Notes: generated by a model not told the origin, from the letters alone. Positions 12,242 through 25,917 are shown, numbered from the whole stretch's first letter. The stretch is 63,960 nucleotides of DNA, filler included, from Lama guanicoe (GCA_013239625.1; 78 parts of 76 records of this genome joined end to end with filler, not necessarily neighbours in it); one strand, 5' to 3'. Made by a program: numbers and translations.

Positions 12242-12935
12242 GAAGTTGTATTTTTGGGTTAAAATTTTGTGTTTCTCATTGAGTTTGATCTTATGAGAAA
12301 GTTCATATTTATTGTCAGGCTCACAGCAGGTATTAATTGGCCAGGTGAAGTCTCCCACCTTGTAAGATCAACAGTGGCCTAAGCAGAACTATAATTTCTT
12401 TTGAGAATAATGTTTCTGAGGGCTATCTAGTTAGAGCCTTGTAGTAGGGAAACCCACCAAGGTAACACAGAAGTACTAGACATAGGTAATTTATCATAAG
12501 CTTAACAATTGGAGTAGTTCATAATCAAACTTAGGAGAAATTGTCAAAGTAATTGTTATACAGGCCTGGTCCGGTGCCTTCGGTCAGCTGTCTAGCTCAG
12601 ATGTCGTCTTCTTCTCATCCTGGCCTGGTAGCTTTTTCTCCAATTGGGCATTGCTTTAACGTGAGCAGCGCTCTATAGGCCAGTGCACTGCAGGGGCTGT
12701 TTCTGATAGGAAATGAATCCGAGAGTCTGTTTCCTTCAGCTTTGGTGTGTATGGTCTAGTTAAGAGTGCCTGATAAAGGGCCCTTCCATTCAGGTTGGAG
12801 ACAGTAATTTAAGTCATCCCTCTTCCAGTATGTATAATTCCCTGGCTGCAGGTCATGGGGCATTGGAACTTTACCTAAGAATAGAATACTGAGCTTCACA
12901 AACAAACCTACTGTATCCTTTTCATAATTCAATTA
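12242..12935 (-). mobile_element. Class I (ERV1-like) endogenous retrovirus: integrase C-terminus and start of env, disabled
   Basis: Minus strand ~12857-12714 reads HDLQPGNYTYWKRDDLNYCLQPEWKGP/YQALLT..KLKETDSRIH (GPY/F region); downstream NC*AYDKLPMSSTSVLPWWVSP resembles an env SU N-terminus. Confidence 0.8.
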
Positions 12936-13035
12936 NNNNNNNNNNNNNNNNNNNNNNNNNNNNNNNNNNNNNNNNNNNNTTAATTAATTAANNNNNNNNN
13001 NNNNNNNNNNNNNNNNNNNNNNNNNNNNNNNNNNN

Positions 13036-13483
13036 AGCCCATCCCCAACCATCGCTTACTTCTAGGCCTAGGAAAACACTTAGGAAAGTCAAGCTAATTG
13101 ATTCTATTAAAAGCCAGGTGCTGCTGTCTGTTGGAGAAAACTCCCAACACTCAGAACCCCAGAACACTTCTTCCTGTGTGTGCTGGACGTGGGGAAACAT
13201 AGCACACTCATTTTTCAGGGGATCAGGGGGCGCAGTTATTCCATGGTTGTGGTTTGTAGGTGAAACACCCACATCCCATGGATAGACTCTCGCTAATACT
13301 TGGTTTAGAGCCAAATCCCAACTTTCCCCCGCACACCGGCCTTTTCATTCCATCATGGAAGGCAAGTTAAGGTATTGTATTAGAACCCAGGCGCTGCTGA
13401 TAGCGGGAAGAACCTCCCCACAGTCAAGACATCTGAACAGAATGCCGTGTGTGTGCTGGAGGAGGGAAAGAGAGTCCACGCAT
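13036..13483 (-). repeat. Satellite D (diverged ~267-273-bp relative of satellite A)
   Basis: CCAGG(T/C)GCTGCTG at 13114 and 13387; shares GCTAATACTTGGTTTAGAG with 56105-56930. Confidence 0.8.
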
Positions 13484-13583
13484 NNNNNNNNNNNNNNNNN
13501 NNNNNNNNNNNNNNNNNNNNNNNNNNNTTAATTAATTAANNNNNNNNNNNNNNNNNNNNNNNNNNNNNNNNNNNNNNNNNNNN

Positions 13584-14148
13584 GAAAATAGAATATAGAG
13601 TACGGAAAGCAGAATATGGAATGTAGAAAACAGAATTTATAATATAGCATACAGAATACTGAACGGAATGCAGAGAATTGAATTTAAAGTATAGAATGAA
13701 GATCACAGAACATAGAATATAGAATAGAGTATATAGAAGCCAGAATTTTCAAAATCGAATGCAGAACACAGAATTTAGAAAATAGAAAACAGAATACTGA
13801 AAATAAAATTTAGGATATAGAACCTAGAACCCAGAATATAGAATATAGAATAGAGAATATAGAACCAATAATTTAGAAAATGGAATGCAGAACGTAGAAT
13901 TTAGAATATAGAATGTAGAACACAGAATTTAGAATATAGATTACGGAATGCAGAAAATACTATTTAAAATATAGAAAAAGAACACAGTATATAGAATAGA
14001 GAATAGAGAATAGAGAACCCAGAATTGAGAACATTAAACTCAGAAAAATTTAGAATATAGAATACAGAATACTGAACACAGAAAAAAGTATATAGAATAT
14101 ACAACACAGAATATAGAATATAAAATACGGAATGCAGAATATTGTATG
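13584..14148 (+). repeat. Satellite B
   Basis: GAATATA/GAACACA/GAATTTA 7-mer array. Confidence 0.95.
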
Positions 14149-14248
14149 NNNNNNNNNNNNNNNNNNNNNNNNNNNNNNNNNNNNNNNNNNNNTTAATTAA
14201 TTAANNNNNNNNNNNNNNNNNNNNNNNNNNNNNNNNNNNNNNNNNNNN

Positions 14249-15055
14249 TTTTTTAACTTTTATTTTATTTATTTTCTACTGAATCATTAAAGATTTCCCA
14301 TTCTACCGCCTTTTGGTTTTGTTTGTTCTTATTTCTGGTTATTTTGGTTGGTAAGATTGGTCCTTTGTGTGAGGTTTTCCTTTTCCTTGAAGAAGGCCTG
14401 AATTGTTCTAAACTTCCCTCTTATGATTGCTTTTGCTGCATCCCATACATTTTATGAAGCTGTGTTTTCACTGTAATTTGTTTCCAGGTATGATTTTATT
14501 ATCTCTTTNNNNNNNNNNNNNNNNNNNNNNTTTTATTTAATTTTTTAAAAGGATATGGTTTAATCTCATGTATGTGCCTTTCCTGTTCTTCTTTCTATAG
14601 TTGATGCATAGTTTCATACTTTTTTGTATTGAAAAATTCTTGCTGTAAACTATATTTGTTTAAATTTCCTGAGGCTCTTTTCATGACATAGTATTTGGTT
14701 AATTCCTTAGAAAACATCCTGTACACAATTGAGAAGCTTATGTGTTCTCCATTTCTGATGCAGTGTCCAATTGCTCATTTAGATTCAAATGATCCAATAT
14801 GTCATTAAGACCTCTGTTTCCTTACAGCTATTCTTTCTGGATGATATGTCCATCAGAATAGTGAGGTGTTAAACTCATAAACTATTATTTTTTATAATGA
14901 ATTAATTGCTTCATGTCTACTAATATTTCTACTTATATTTAGGATCTACAGTATTGGGTCCATATATAATTTAATGAGCGTAATACTCTATTTTTACATT
15001 GATCTCTTTTCTTTATTTAATCTCATATTAATCTTTCATTGTGAACCTTATTTTA
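14249..15055 (-). mobile_element. Decayed LINE-1 ORF2 endonuclease region
   Basis: Antisense L1 text (AACTTCCCTCTTATGATTGCTTTTGCTGCATCCCATA); paralogous to 57031-57522 and 8179-8510. Confidence 0.85.
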
Positions 15056-15329
15056 NNNNNNNNNNNNNNNNNNNNNNNNNNNNNNNNNNNNNNNNNNNNT
15101 TAATTAATTAANNNNNNNNNNNNNNNNNNNNNNNNNNNNNNNNNNNNNNNNNNNNAGTTACCACCCCTGGATGGCTTCCTCTCAGAAGGACCTTAAAGTC
15201 TACACACTCATCTGGACCACTTGCAGAATCTTTTGATCAAGACACAACTATGTATCAGGCGAAACTTGTATGAGCAAAGTGATACCGTTTGAACGCCCTT
15301 AAATGTTTAGCTCTCTCTCAATACACCAT

Positions 15330-15860
15330 GAAATCCAAACTCAGGATGTGGGATTCAGGATGAGGAACCAATGATGGGTTGGTAGGGCAGACAGATGGCT
15401 AGAGTAGATCTGAACTGCCACTGTACACCTGAAGAACGTCCAGTGCCTTGGGAACACCCAGGTGGTGATGCCCCAAGAGCGGCTGTCCACAACGGTGTGG
15501 AGATCTGAGAGGGTTAAGGTCAAGGACAGAGACAGAGCAGGCTTCAGCTGCAGGCGGCAAGGGGTTCGTGTAGAGAAAAAATAAACAAAGAAGACTCATA
15601 TGTGTATGGAGTTACGTGTAAGATCAGAGGAGAAAAAGTACAGTGAAAAACCCTAAGAAAGAGGGATCAAAGAGACAAGAGGCGAATCATGAGAGCGGAG
15701 GGCTCAAAAGCCAAAAGGAGGTTAAAATTTCAACGAAAAGACTTGTCGCCAGTGCCAAATACCACAGAGCAGTCACAAAGGGCAAGAACAGAAGAGAGGC
15801 CACTGGATGTGCAAATCACTGGTGACATTTCCAAGAGCAAAAGAGCACAGTGATGTGGGA
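15330..15860. mobile_element. Probable ancient L2 fragment
   Basis: Purine-rich text with GGCCACTGGATGTG...CACTGGTGACATTTCCAAGAGCA, resembling L2; recognised by eye only. Confidence 0.4.
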
Positions 15861-16027
15861 ACTATTTCCTTCATGCTTCTGGCCAGAGTGTTTACCAATA
15901 AATCAACTCCTTTTATAGCTTGGATTTNNNNNNNNNNNNNNNNNNNNNNNNNNNNNNNNNNNNNNNNNNNNTTAATTAATTAANNNNNNNNNNNNNNNNN
16001 NNNNNNNNNNNNNNNNNNNNNNNNNNN

Positions 16028-17036
16028 GAACACAGAATTTAGAATAGAGAATACAGAATTCTGAATATAGAATTTAAAACATGGAATGCAGAAAACAGAA
16101 TTTAGAATATAGACTACAGAACACTGAATATAGAATATAGAATATAGAAAGTAGAACACAGAATGTAGAATATAGAATAGAGAATTTAGAATATTGAATG
16201 CAGAACACAGAATTTAGAATATAGGATACAGAATACNNNNNNNNNNNNNNNNNNNNNNNNNNNNNNNNNNNNNNNNNNNNNNNNNNNNNNNNNNNNNNNN
16301 NNNNNNNNNNNNNNNNNNNNNNNNNNNNNNNNNNNNNNNNNNNNNNAGAATATGGAAATACAGAAAACAGAATTTAGAACATGGAATGCAGAACACAGAA
16401 TTTAGAATATAGAACACAGAATACTGAATATGAAAGCTAGAATATAGAATGTAGAATACCGAATATAGAATATATTATACGGAATGAAGTATATAGAATT
16501 TAGAATATAGAATGAATAACACAAAATATAGAATATAGAATAAAGAATATAGAAGCCAGAATTTAGAATATGGAATGCAGAACACAGAATTTGGTATATA
16601 CAATGCAGAATTTAGAATATAGAATGTAGAATATAGAATAAAGAACACACAATATAAATATATATAGAATACAGAATGCTGAATATACAATTTAGTACAT
16701 GGAATGCCGAACACAGAATTTAGAATATAGAATACAGTATACTGAATATAGAAATTGGAAAATGGAATGCAGAACACAGAATTTAGAATATAGAATACAG
16801 AATACTGAAGATAGAATTTATAATATAGCATATAGAACACAGAATATTGAATGTAGAATACGGAATGCAGAAAAGAGTATACAAAATATAGAATGAAGTA
16901 CACAGAATATAGAATATGGAAAACAGAATATAGAACCCAGATTTTAGAACATGGAATGCAGAACACAGTATTTAGAATATAGAATAAAGGATACTGAATA
17001 TAGGATTCAGAAAATAGAATTTAGAACAAAAAATAT
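16028..17036 (+). repeat. Satellite B
   Basis: 7-mer array. Confidence 0.95.
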
Positions 17037-17136
17037 NNNNNNNNNNNNNNNNNNNNNNNNNNNNNNNNNNNNNNNNNNNNTTAATTAATTAANNNNNNNN
17101 NNNNNNNNNNNNNNNNNNNNNNNNNNNNNNNNNNNN

Positions 17137-17565
17137 ATAAACAAAGAATGAAATCCTGCCATTTGCAACCACATGGATGGACCCGAGGGTATTATGCTTA
17201 GTGAAATGACTCAGACAGTGAAAGACAAGTATTGTATGTCATCACTTACATGTGGAATCTCAAAAAATTAAACAAACAAATGAATATAATAAATAGAAAC
17301 AGACTCACAAATATAGAGAACAAACCAGTGGTTTCCAATGGGGAGACAGAAGGAGGAGGGGCAAGATAGGGTGGGGAATTAGAAGGCACAAACTACTAGG
17401 TATAATTTGAGTAAGACACAAGAANNNNNNNNNNNNNNNNNNNNNNNNNNNNNNNNNNNNNNNNNAGAACTTTAAATACAATTTATAAAAATACCAAATC
17501 ACTAAGTTGTACACTTGAAACCAATATAATATTGTGAATCAACCATACCTCAATTATATAAAAAC
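17137..17565 (+). mobile_element. LINE-1 3' end (L1MA-like)
   Basis: GAATGAAATCCTGCCATTTGCAACCACATGGATGGACC...TGTGGAATCT and terminal TGTACACTTGAAACCAATATAATATTGTGAATCAAC. Confidence 0.9.
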
Positions 17566-18301
17566 ATGAAAAGTGAAAATGAAGGGCAGGGCATAGNNNN
17601 NNNNNNNNNNNNNNNNNNNNNNNNNNNNNNNNNNNNNNNNTTAATTAATTAANNNNNNNNNNNNNNNNNNNNNNNNNNNNNNNNNNNNNNNNNNNNGGTC
17701 CTGGAGGCTTTCTCTCTCAGCCTCTGGGCGCCTCTATTGAAAACTTGTCATCGCTATCTGGCCTGCTGGAAAACCACCCTGCCTGTTTTGCCCTGAAGAT
17801 GTGTTCTGTTTATAACTCATCTCTACTTCTTGGAAAACAACTCAATAAAAACTCAGTTGGTTTTCCACCAGCCCTGGGCAGGGGTGAGGGATAGCATGTT
17901 ATTATTTAAAAAAAAATGTATAAAAGAAGTCTTAAAACAGCACTGGGAACATAGGAGAGAGACAATCAATGCTTCCTGGCTTAAATCAAAAGTGATGATT
18001 CAGTGATTCCATGGCTGCTGTATTTGCTGAGCTAGTTACTCTTTACTCCATTACACTTGTATTTTAACTGAAAAACTAACATATGCATATGGTTAAAAAA
18101 TTCAAACAGAGCAAAAAATACTCAAGTGAAAGAAGTTTTCCCTCATCCTCTGTTCTTACACGCCTCCCTGGAGATGCAACTGTTTACAATCCTTTGTGTG
18201 CTTTTTCAGGTATGCTATGCACATTCCCAGCAATGTATGTAAATTCCTTTAAAGTTTAACTTATTTTTAACATAAAGGGATTTAAATCCTCAAGTGGCTT
18301 C

Positions 18302-18566
18302 TGCCACGGTAATAGAAAAGAGCAAATCTGACTCCATATTAGATCTGTTCCTTTGAATTTAACGCTGTGCACTTTCTCCTAGGCTTCATCTTAATTGTAA
18401 AACAGTGTTGCCTAGAGCCTAAAATATACAGGAGAGCCTATTATGAAGGCTCTGATCTTTAAGGGTATTTTAAACTTTTCCAAGCATATAAAGATAACAA
18501 GTTGCAGAATAGAAAACAACGTTTGTTTTTTTGGAGGTTTACAGGGATCTGACCCAGGCAGATAGC
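18302..18566 (+). mobile_element. Probable ERV1-type LTR 5' part
   Basis: TG start followed by GAGCAAATCTGACTCCATATTAGATCTGTT, resembling an LTR U3 start. Confidence 0.45.
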
Positions 18567-18666
18567 NNNNNNNNNNNNNNNNNNNNNNNNNNNNNNNNNN
18601 NNNNNNNNNNTTAATTAATTAANNNNNNNNNNNNNNNNNNNNNNNNNNNNNNNNNNNNNNNNNNNN

Positions 18667-19509
18667 TCGGATTCAATGTAAAAATTGCTGGAATGTTATC
18701 CGGCACTAGGAGACACACTGAGAAACCATAGAAATTGTTTGTCCTGCAACCTGTTCCCTTGGTGCTAGATGAACGAATGTCTCTACACATGTGCATTCTT
18801 GAGAGTTAAGCGTGTGTGAAAGCCGTCCTTCAACTAGCTTGTTGGAACACAAAGTTTCTCTTCAGTTACTGACTCCCATCCATACATATATATGGGGAGG
18901 TACAAGCTCCAACTCGGTTTTAGAATGAAAACTGCAGGAACTTCAAACCCGCACTAGGAAACAGACTGANNNNNNNNNNNNNNNNNNNNNNNNNNNNNNN
19001 NNNNNNNNNNNNNNNNNNNNNNNNNNNNNNNNNNNNNNNNNNNNNNNNNNNNNNNNNNNNNNNNNNNNNNNNNNNNNNNNNNNNNNNNNNNNNNNNNNNN
19101 NNNNNNNNNNNNNNNNNNNNNNNNNNNNNNNNNNNNNNNNNNNNNNNNNNNNNNNNNNNNNNNNNNNNNNNNNNNNNNNNNNNNNNNNNNNNNNNNNNNN
19201 NNNNNNNNNNNNNNNNNNNNNNNNNNNNNNNNNNNNNNNNNNNNNNNNNNNNNNNNNNNNNNNNNNNNNNNNNNNNNNNNNNNNNNNNNNNNNNNNNNNN
19301 TCCACATGCTCAGTTTTGAGATTTAAACGTGTGTGAAAGGAGCCCTTCTGCAAGCTTGTTGGGAACACAAAGTTCCTCTTGAGTTGCAAATTCCACAACA
19401 TATATATATATATTGGGTGTTGTAAAACACCAAATCGGATTCAATGTAAAAATAGCTGGTAAGTTATCCGGCACTAGGAGACAGACTGAGAAACCAAAGA
19501 AAGTGTTTC
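18667..19509 (+). repeat. Satellite C (248-bp family)
   Basis: GGGGAGGTACAAGCTCCAACTCGG and GTGTGTGAAAGCCGTCC motifs shared with 45566-46132. Confidence 0.93.
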
Positions 19510-20730
19510 NNNNNNNNNNNNNNNNNNNNNNNNNNNNNNNNNNNNNNNNNNNNTTAATTAATTAANNNNNNNNNNNNNNNNNNNNNNNNNNNNNNNNNNN
19601 NNNNNNNNNGCATGTGTATACTCACTATAAATTTTAGTTCCATACAACTCATCAGTTCCTATAGACTTTAATTTGCTTGATTATTAATGCAATTATTCCA
19701 ATGCTGTTTTTTCCAGGTTTTTTTTTTTTTGCTACTTTTGTGAAACACTCCTGGTTATTTTAACTGCTGTTATAATCTCTGCTTCATACAACTATTGCAA
19801 ANNNNNNNNNNNNNNNNNNNNNNNNNNNNNNNNNNNNNNNNNNNNNNNNNNNNNNNNNNNNGTCAAATAAAATAACTGAGATTATGCTTACTTCTTCATC
19901 AATCAAAACCTATTGGTCATGTACCTAACATTGTTCTTACTACTCTAAAAGATAACACAATTATAAAGCATAACTGATACAGTCAAAGGTCTTACAATTT
20001 AACTGAAAACAAACAAAGATACATAGTAGTTCAATTATGAACTCCAGTCTAACAAAAATTTTAACAGTAATTCAGGGAACGGGGAGTTACCAGACTCCTG
20101 GACTACAATCACTGGTAAATGGTTATACGAGAGTTTTGAAAATTTGGTATTTAGGGAGAAGAAACGCTAATATATTTACACTTTGTAACCTCCGATACCC
20201 TTTAGAGAAGGTGTAATAATTACACGTTTAACAAGCACACACCAACACAAAGAGCAGAGGAAGAATCCTGCCGTGTTAGGCTTGCTTTCTTTAGTTCCTG
20301 CATCAATTCCTTACAGTGTTTTTTAATAACAAATATCAAAATGCTTTGTTCAATCTCAAGTATTGCATTCATTTGAACATGTCCTGAGCCAAAACCAATA
20401 TAAAATATTAATGTATTCTAACAATGGGTAGGTGTTGAGTTATTTATTGCTCATGTTTCTATTTTTATGGAATATTTTTTCCATAGTTTGTAGATTAGGT
20501 GTTATGGAACCACTGAGTCAAATTTTTCTACATAACATTTTGCCATTTCATTATCTAAGAACAAGAAAATTGTATTTAATATATCAATGAAATACATTAA
20601 ATCATATTAGAAATTATTAATAAGTGATCANNNNNNNNNNNNNNNNNNNNNNNNNNNNNNNNNNNNNNNNNNNNTTAATTAATTAANNNNNNNNNNNNNN
20701 NNNNNNNNNNNNNNNNNNNNNNNNNNNNNN

Positions 20731-21222
20731 TGGGTTTGAATTTTTGTTTGCAGAGATTTTTCATTTTATTCATAATTCTCTTCCATTTCTGGTGATCTGT
20801 CTATTCAAATGGTCAATTTCTTCTTGATGCAATAATGGTGGGCTGAATGTTTCCAGAAACTTCTCCATTTTGTCTAGATTATCCAGTTTGTTTCCATGCA
20901 GTTGCTCATGGTATACCCTTATGGTGTTTTGCAAATTTGATATACTCTTTGTAGTTTCCCCATTTTCATTTCTTATATTACTTGTGTTCTCTCTCTATTC
21001 TTGTTGAGGTGAGCCTGTCCTGAGTTTTGTCAGTTTTGTTGACTAGTTCAAAAAACAGTTTGATTGATTTTTCTATTTTTTAATCTTTATTTCAATTCTT
21101 TCTCCCTTGATCTATATTTTCCCACTTTCTGGTGACTTTTGGTTGTGTTTGCTCTTCTCTTCATGATTAGTTTAAACAGAACTTTAGATTATTTATTTGA
21201 AATTGCTCTTCAACTTTGGGGC
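20731..21222 (-). mobile_element. Decayed LINE-1 ORF2 fragment
   Basis: Antisense L1 text; paralogous to 11855-12141. Confidence 0.85.
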
Positions 21223-21943
21223 NNNNNNNNNNNNNNNNNNNNNNNNNNNNNNNNNNNNNNNNNNNNTTAATTAATTAANNNNNNNNNNNNNNNNNNNNNN
21301 NNNNNNNNNNNNNNNNNNNNNNGTTTATTAAAATAAAGTGAAATATATTATTGTTTCTCATGCAATTCATTTATTCTTCCGTTTGCATTCATACTGGATT
21401 ATGTAAAGTGAATTACATTTGGGATAAAGTAGTAACAAACTGATTTAAAAAATCCTTTATGAAATTTCCAATTCAGTTAAGAATTAGACAATTCACAAAA
21501 GACTACTTTACATGGACATGGTAATAAAAGCTTGAAGGGAAATGAGGCAGGGAGGTGGGACGGATGNNNNNNNNNNNNNNNNNNNNNNNNNNNNNNNNNN
21601 NNNNNNNNNNNNNNCACTACAAGGAGGGAGATCTTACTGACAAGCAGGCATTTGAGCCAAGACCTGAAGGAAGGAGGGAGACCACCACGTATGTGTCCAG
21701 GGAGGATTCAATGCAGAGGGAAGAGCTAATGCCATGCCATGGGGCAGAACATTCTCAAAAAAGTAAGGGACAAGCCACAGAATGAGAGACTATCTTTTAC
21801 AAATCATATTTCTGAAAAGAGCCTTTTATCTAGAATATATAATNNNNNNNNNNNNNNNNNNNNNNNNNNNNNNNNNNNNNNNNNNNNTTAATTAATTAAN
21901 NNNNNNNNNNNNNNNNNNNNNNNNNNNNNNNNNNNNNNNNNNN

Positions 21944-23078
21944 AGAGAGCTGCGTGGAGTTGTCTCTCCAACTCCCCGACCCACTGACAATGATTTCGGA
22001 ATCCTGAGAGTGGGGAGGTTCCACCAATGGTCGCCAGCGAGTGGGTTCTAACAAAATTGCAAAGCTCGTCTCCCCTGAGGGTTTTCCTAATGTCTCTGTG
22101 CCAGGGAATGCTAGGGGGGTTTAAAGGAAGTCCCAGTGGCAGAGGCTGCCTCCCCAAGGTCAGGAAAGGTATTTCTCGNNNNNNNNNNNNNNNNNNNNNN
22201 NNNNNNNNNNNNNNNNNNNNNNNNNNNNNNNNNNNNNNNNNNNNNNNNNNNNNNNNNNNNNNNNNNNNNNNNNNNNNNNNNNNNNNNNNNNNNNNNNNNN
22301 NNNNNNNNNNNNNNNNNNNNNNNNNNNNNNNNNNNNNNNNNNNNNNNNNNNNNNNNNNNNNNNNNNNNNNNNNNNNNNNNNNNNNNNNNNNNNNNNNNNN
22401 NNNNNNNNNNNNNNNNNNNNNNNNNNNNNNNNNNNNNNNNNNNNNNNNNNNNNNNNNNNNNNNNNNNNNNNNNNNNNNNNNNNNNNNNNNTCGAGCTCCC
22501 CCATGCGCTGACAATGGTTCCGGAATCCTGAGCGTGGGGAGGTTCCACCAACGGTCGGCAGCGCGTGGGTTCTAACGGAATGCCTAAGCTCGTCACCCCT
22601 GAGGGTTTTCCTAAGTCTCTGTACCAGGGAATGCTAGGGGGGTTTGCAGGAAGTCCCAGGGACAGAGGCTGCCTCCCCAAGGTCAGGGAAGGTATTTCAC
22701 GGACTTCCCCGAACAGGGAACACCTGTGAATTAAGATAGCTGCGTGGAGTTGTCTCTCGAGCTCCCCCACGCACTGACAATGGTTCCGGAATCCTGAGCG
22801 TGGGGAGGTTCCACCAACGGTCGGCAGTGTGTGGGTTCAAACGGAATGCCTAAGCTCGTCTCCCCTGAGGGTTTTCCTAATATCTCTGTGCCAGGGAATG
22901 CGAGGGGGGTTTGCAGGAAATCCCAGGGACAGAGGCTGCCTCCCCAAGGTCAGAGAAGGTATTTCTCGGAGTTCCCTGAACAAGGAACACCTGTGAATGA
23001 AGAGAGCTGCTTGGAGTTTTCTCTCCACCTCCCCGACACACTGACAATGGTTCCAGAATCCTGAGCGTGGGGAGGTTC
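21944..23078 (+). repeat. Satellite A
   Basis: Anchor ACCAACGG at 22547 and 22813 (266 bp apart). Confidence 0.97.
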
Positions 23079-23178
23079 NNNNNNNNNNNNNNNNNNNNNN
23101 NNNNNNNNNNNNNNNNNNNNNNTTAATTAATTAANNNNNNNNNNNNNNNNNNNNNNNNNNNNNNNNNNNNNNNNNNNN

Positions 23179-23779
23179 AGTTTCACATTTGGAGAGACTT
23201 TTTTTCATCTAGTACAATTGAAACTCGGTTGTGTTAGAACCCTCAATCTGGTTTCTCAGTCTGTTTCCTATTTCTGGTTTTAATTTCCTGCAATTTTGAA
23301 TATAAACATAGTTGTAGCATAGTCCTCCCCATATATATGATTGTAATGCCGTTTCCAAATTAAAAGAATCTTTGTTTTCCCAAATGCTTGGTGATTGTTG
23401 GCTTTCACACACACTTCTCTGTCATATTTGAGAACACACTTCTCTGTCATATTTGAGCATGTGTAGTGTCGTTCTTCTATCTATCATGAAGTGAATGGGT
23501 GTCAATTATAACACTTACTCTTGTTTCTCATTATGTTTCCTAGAGCTGCTTAGACGTTCATGCAGTTTTCAGTGTTAAATCGAGTTTGAGCTATTTCCTC
23601 CCCATATATATGTATATAGTTTTTTTCCAGTAGAAAGAACTATGTGTTCCCAACAATCTAGGTTTTCACGGATTTCACACAAACTTTTTTGTCAGAGTTC
23701 AGTATGTGAACAGTCGTCCATTCATCTAATTGAAAGTGAATGGGTTGCAGTAGATTCTCTTACTCTGTTTTCTCAGTAT
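23179..23779 (-). repeat. Satellite C, diverged variant
   Basis: CCTCCCCATATATATG, GGCTTTCACACAC and TTTCTCAGTCTGTTTCC motifs in reverse orientation. Confidence 0.85.
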
Positions 23780-23879
23780 NNNNNNNNNNNNNNNNNNNNN
23801 NNNNNNNNNNNNNNNNNNNNNNNTTAATTAATTAANNNNNNNNNNNNNNNNNNNNNNNNNNNNNNNNNNNNNNNNNNNN

Positions 23880-24341
23880 CTGATTGAAGAATTCAGCAAG
23901 GTAGCTGGTTACAAAATTAATGTTCAAATATCGGTTGCATTTCTTTACACTAATGATAAATCAACAGAAAAAAAAGTAAAGAAACAATCCCCTTTAAAAT
24001 AGCACCCAAAGTAATAAAATATCTGGGAATAAATCTAACCAAGGAGGTGAAAGAATTTTTCACAGAAAACTATAAACCATTGATGAAGGAAATTAAAGAA
24101 AAAGTCTTTAAAAAATGGAAAGATATTCCATGCTCCTGGATTGGAAGAATAAATATTGTTAAAATGGTCACACTGCCCAAGGCAATCTACAGATTTAATG
24201 CAATCCCTATCCAAATACCCAGGACGTATTTCACAGAACTAAAACAAATCATAATAAAATTTATATGGAAGCATCAAAGACCTAGAACTGCCAAAGCATT
24301 ACTAAAGAGAAAGAATGAGGCTGGAGGAATAACTCTCCCAG
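23880..24341 (+). mobile_element. Young LINE-1 ORF2 fragment
   Basis: [66 protein letters not shown]. Confidence 0.97.
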
Positions 24342-24441
24342 NNNNNNNNNNNNNNNNNNNNNNNNNNNNNNNNNNNNNNNNNNNNTTAATTAATTAANNN
24401 NNNNNNNNNNNNNNNNNNNNNNNNNNNNNNNNNNNNNNNNN

Positions 24442-25336
24442 AATTCTATATTCAGTATTCTGTATTCTATAGTCTAAATTCTACATTCAGCATTCTGCAA
24501 TTTATATTCTGTATTCTGTGCTCTGCATTCCATGTTCTAAATTCTGGTTTCTATATTCTCTATTCTATATTCCACATTTTGTGTTATTCATGCTATATTC
24601 TACATTAAATATACTGCATTCAGTATTCTATATTCTATATTCTGTGTTCTACATTCTATATTCTTAATTCTATATTCAGTATTCTGTATTCTATATTGTA
24701 AATTATGTGTTCTGTATTAATGTTCTAAATTCTGCTTTCTATATTCTTTTTTCTATATTTTATATACTGTGGTTTAAATTTCATATTATAATTCAATATT
24801 CAGTATTCTGAACACAATATTCTTAATTCTGTGTTCTGCAATCTTTGTTGTAAATTCTATATTCAGTATTCTGTATTCTATATTCTAAATTCAGTGTTCT
24901 GCAATCTATGTACTAAATCCTATATTCGGTATTTTGTATTCTATATTCTAAANNNNNNNNNNNNNNNNNNNNNNNNNNNNNNNNNNNNNNNNNNNNNNNN
25001 NNNNNNNNNNNNNNNNNNNNNNNNNNNNNNNNNNNNNNNNNNNNNNNNNNNNNNNNNNNNNNNNNNNNNNNNNNNNNNNNNNNNNNNNNNNNNNNNNNNN
25101 NNNNNNNNNNNNNNNNNNNNNTGTGTTCTGCATTCCATGTTCTCAATTCTGGGTTCCATATACTCTATTCTATATTCTATATTATCTGTTCTACATTCTA
25201 TATTCTAAATTCTATATTTAGTATACTGTATTCTATAGTCTAAATTCTACATTCAGTATACTGCATTGTATATTATATATTCTTTGCTCTGCATTCCATA
25301 TTCTAAATTCTGGCTTCTATATTCTCTATTCTATAT
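24442..25336 (-). repeat. Satellite B
   Basis: 7-mer array. Confidence 0.95.
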
Positions 25337-25436
25337 NNNNNNNNNNNNNNNNNNNNNNNNNNNNNNNNNNNNNNNNNNNNTTAATTAATTAANNNNNNNN
25401 NNNNNNNNNNNNNNNNNNNNNNNNNNNNNNNNNNNN

Positions 25437-25917
25437 GTTTTGAGAGATAAGCGTGTGTGAAAGCCGTCCTTCACCTAGCTTGTTTTTGGAACACAAAGTT
25501 TCTCTTCAGTTGCAAACTCCACTCCATACATATACATGGGGAGGTACAATCTCGACCTCGGTTTTACAGTGAAAACTGCAGAAACTTCATACCGTCACTT
25601 GGAAACAGAATGAGAAACCAGAGTAAGTGTCTCTCCTGCAACCTGTTCCCTTTTTGTAGATGAATGTACGTCTCTCCACATGCTCAGTTTTGAGAGATAA
25701 GCGTGTGTGAAAGCCGTCATTCACCTAGCTTGTTGGGAACTCAAAGTTTCTCTTCAGTTGCAGACTCCAATCCTTACATATATATGGGAAGGTACAAGCT
25801 CCAACTCGGTTTTACACTGAAAACTGCAGGAACGTCAAACCGGCACTAGGAAAGAGAATGAGAATCCAAGTAAGTGTTTCTCCTGAAACCTGTTCAATTT
25901 GTGCTAGAAGAACGAAC
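25437..25917 (+). repeat. Satellite C
   Basis: TGAGAGATAAGCGTGTGTGAAAGCCGTC at 25441 and 25691 (250 bp apart). Confidence 0.95.
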
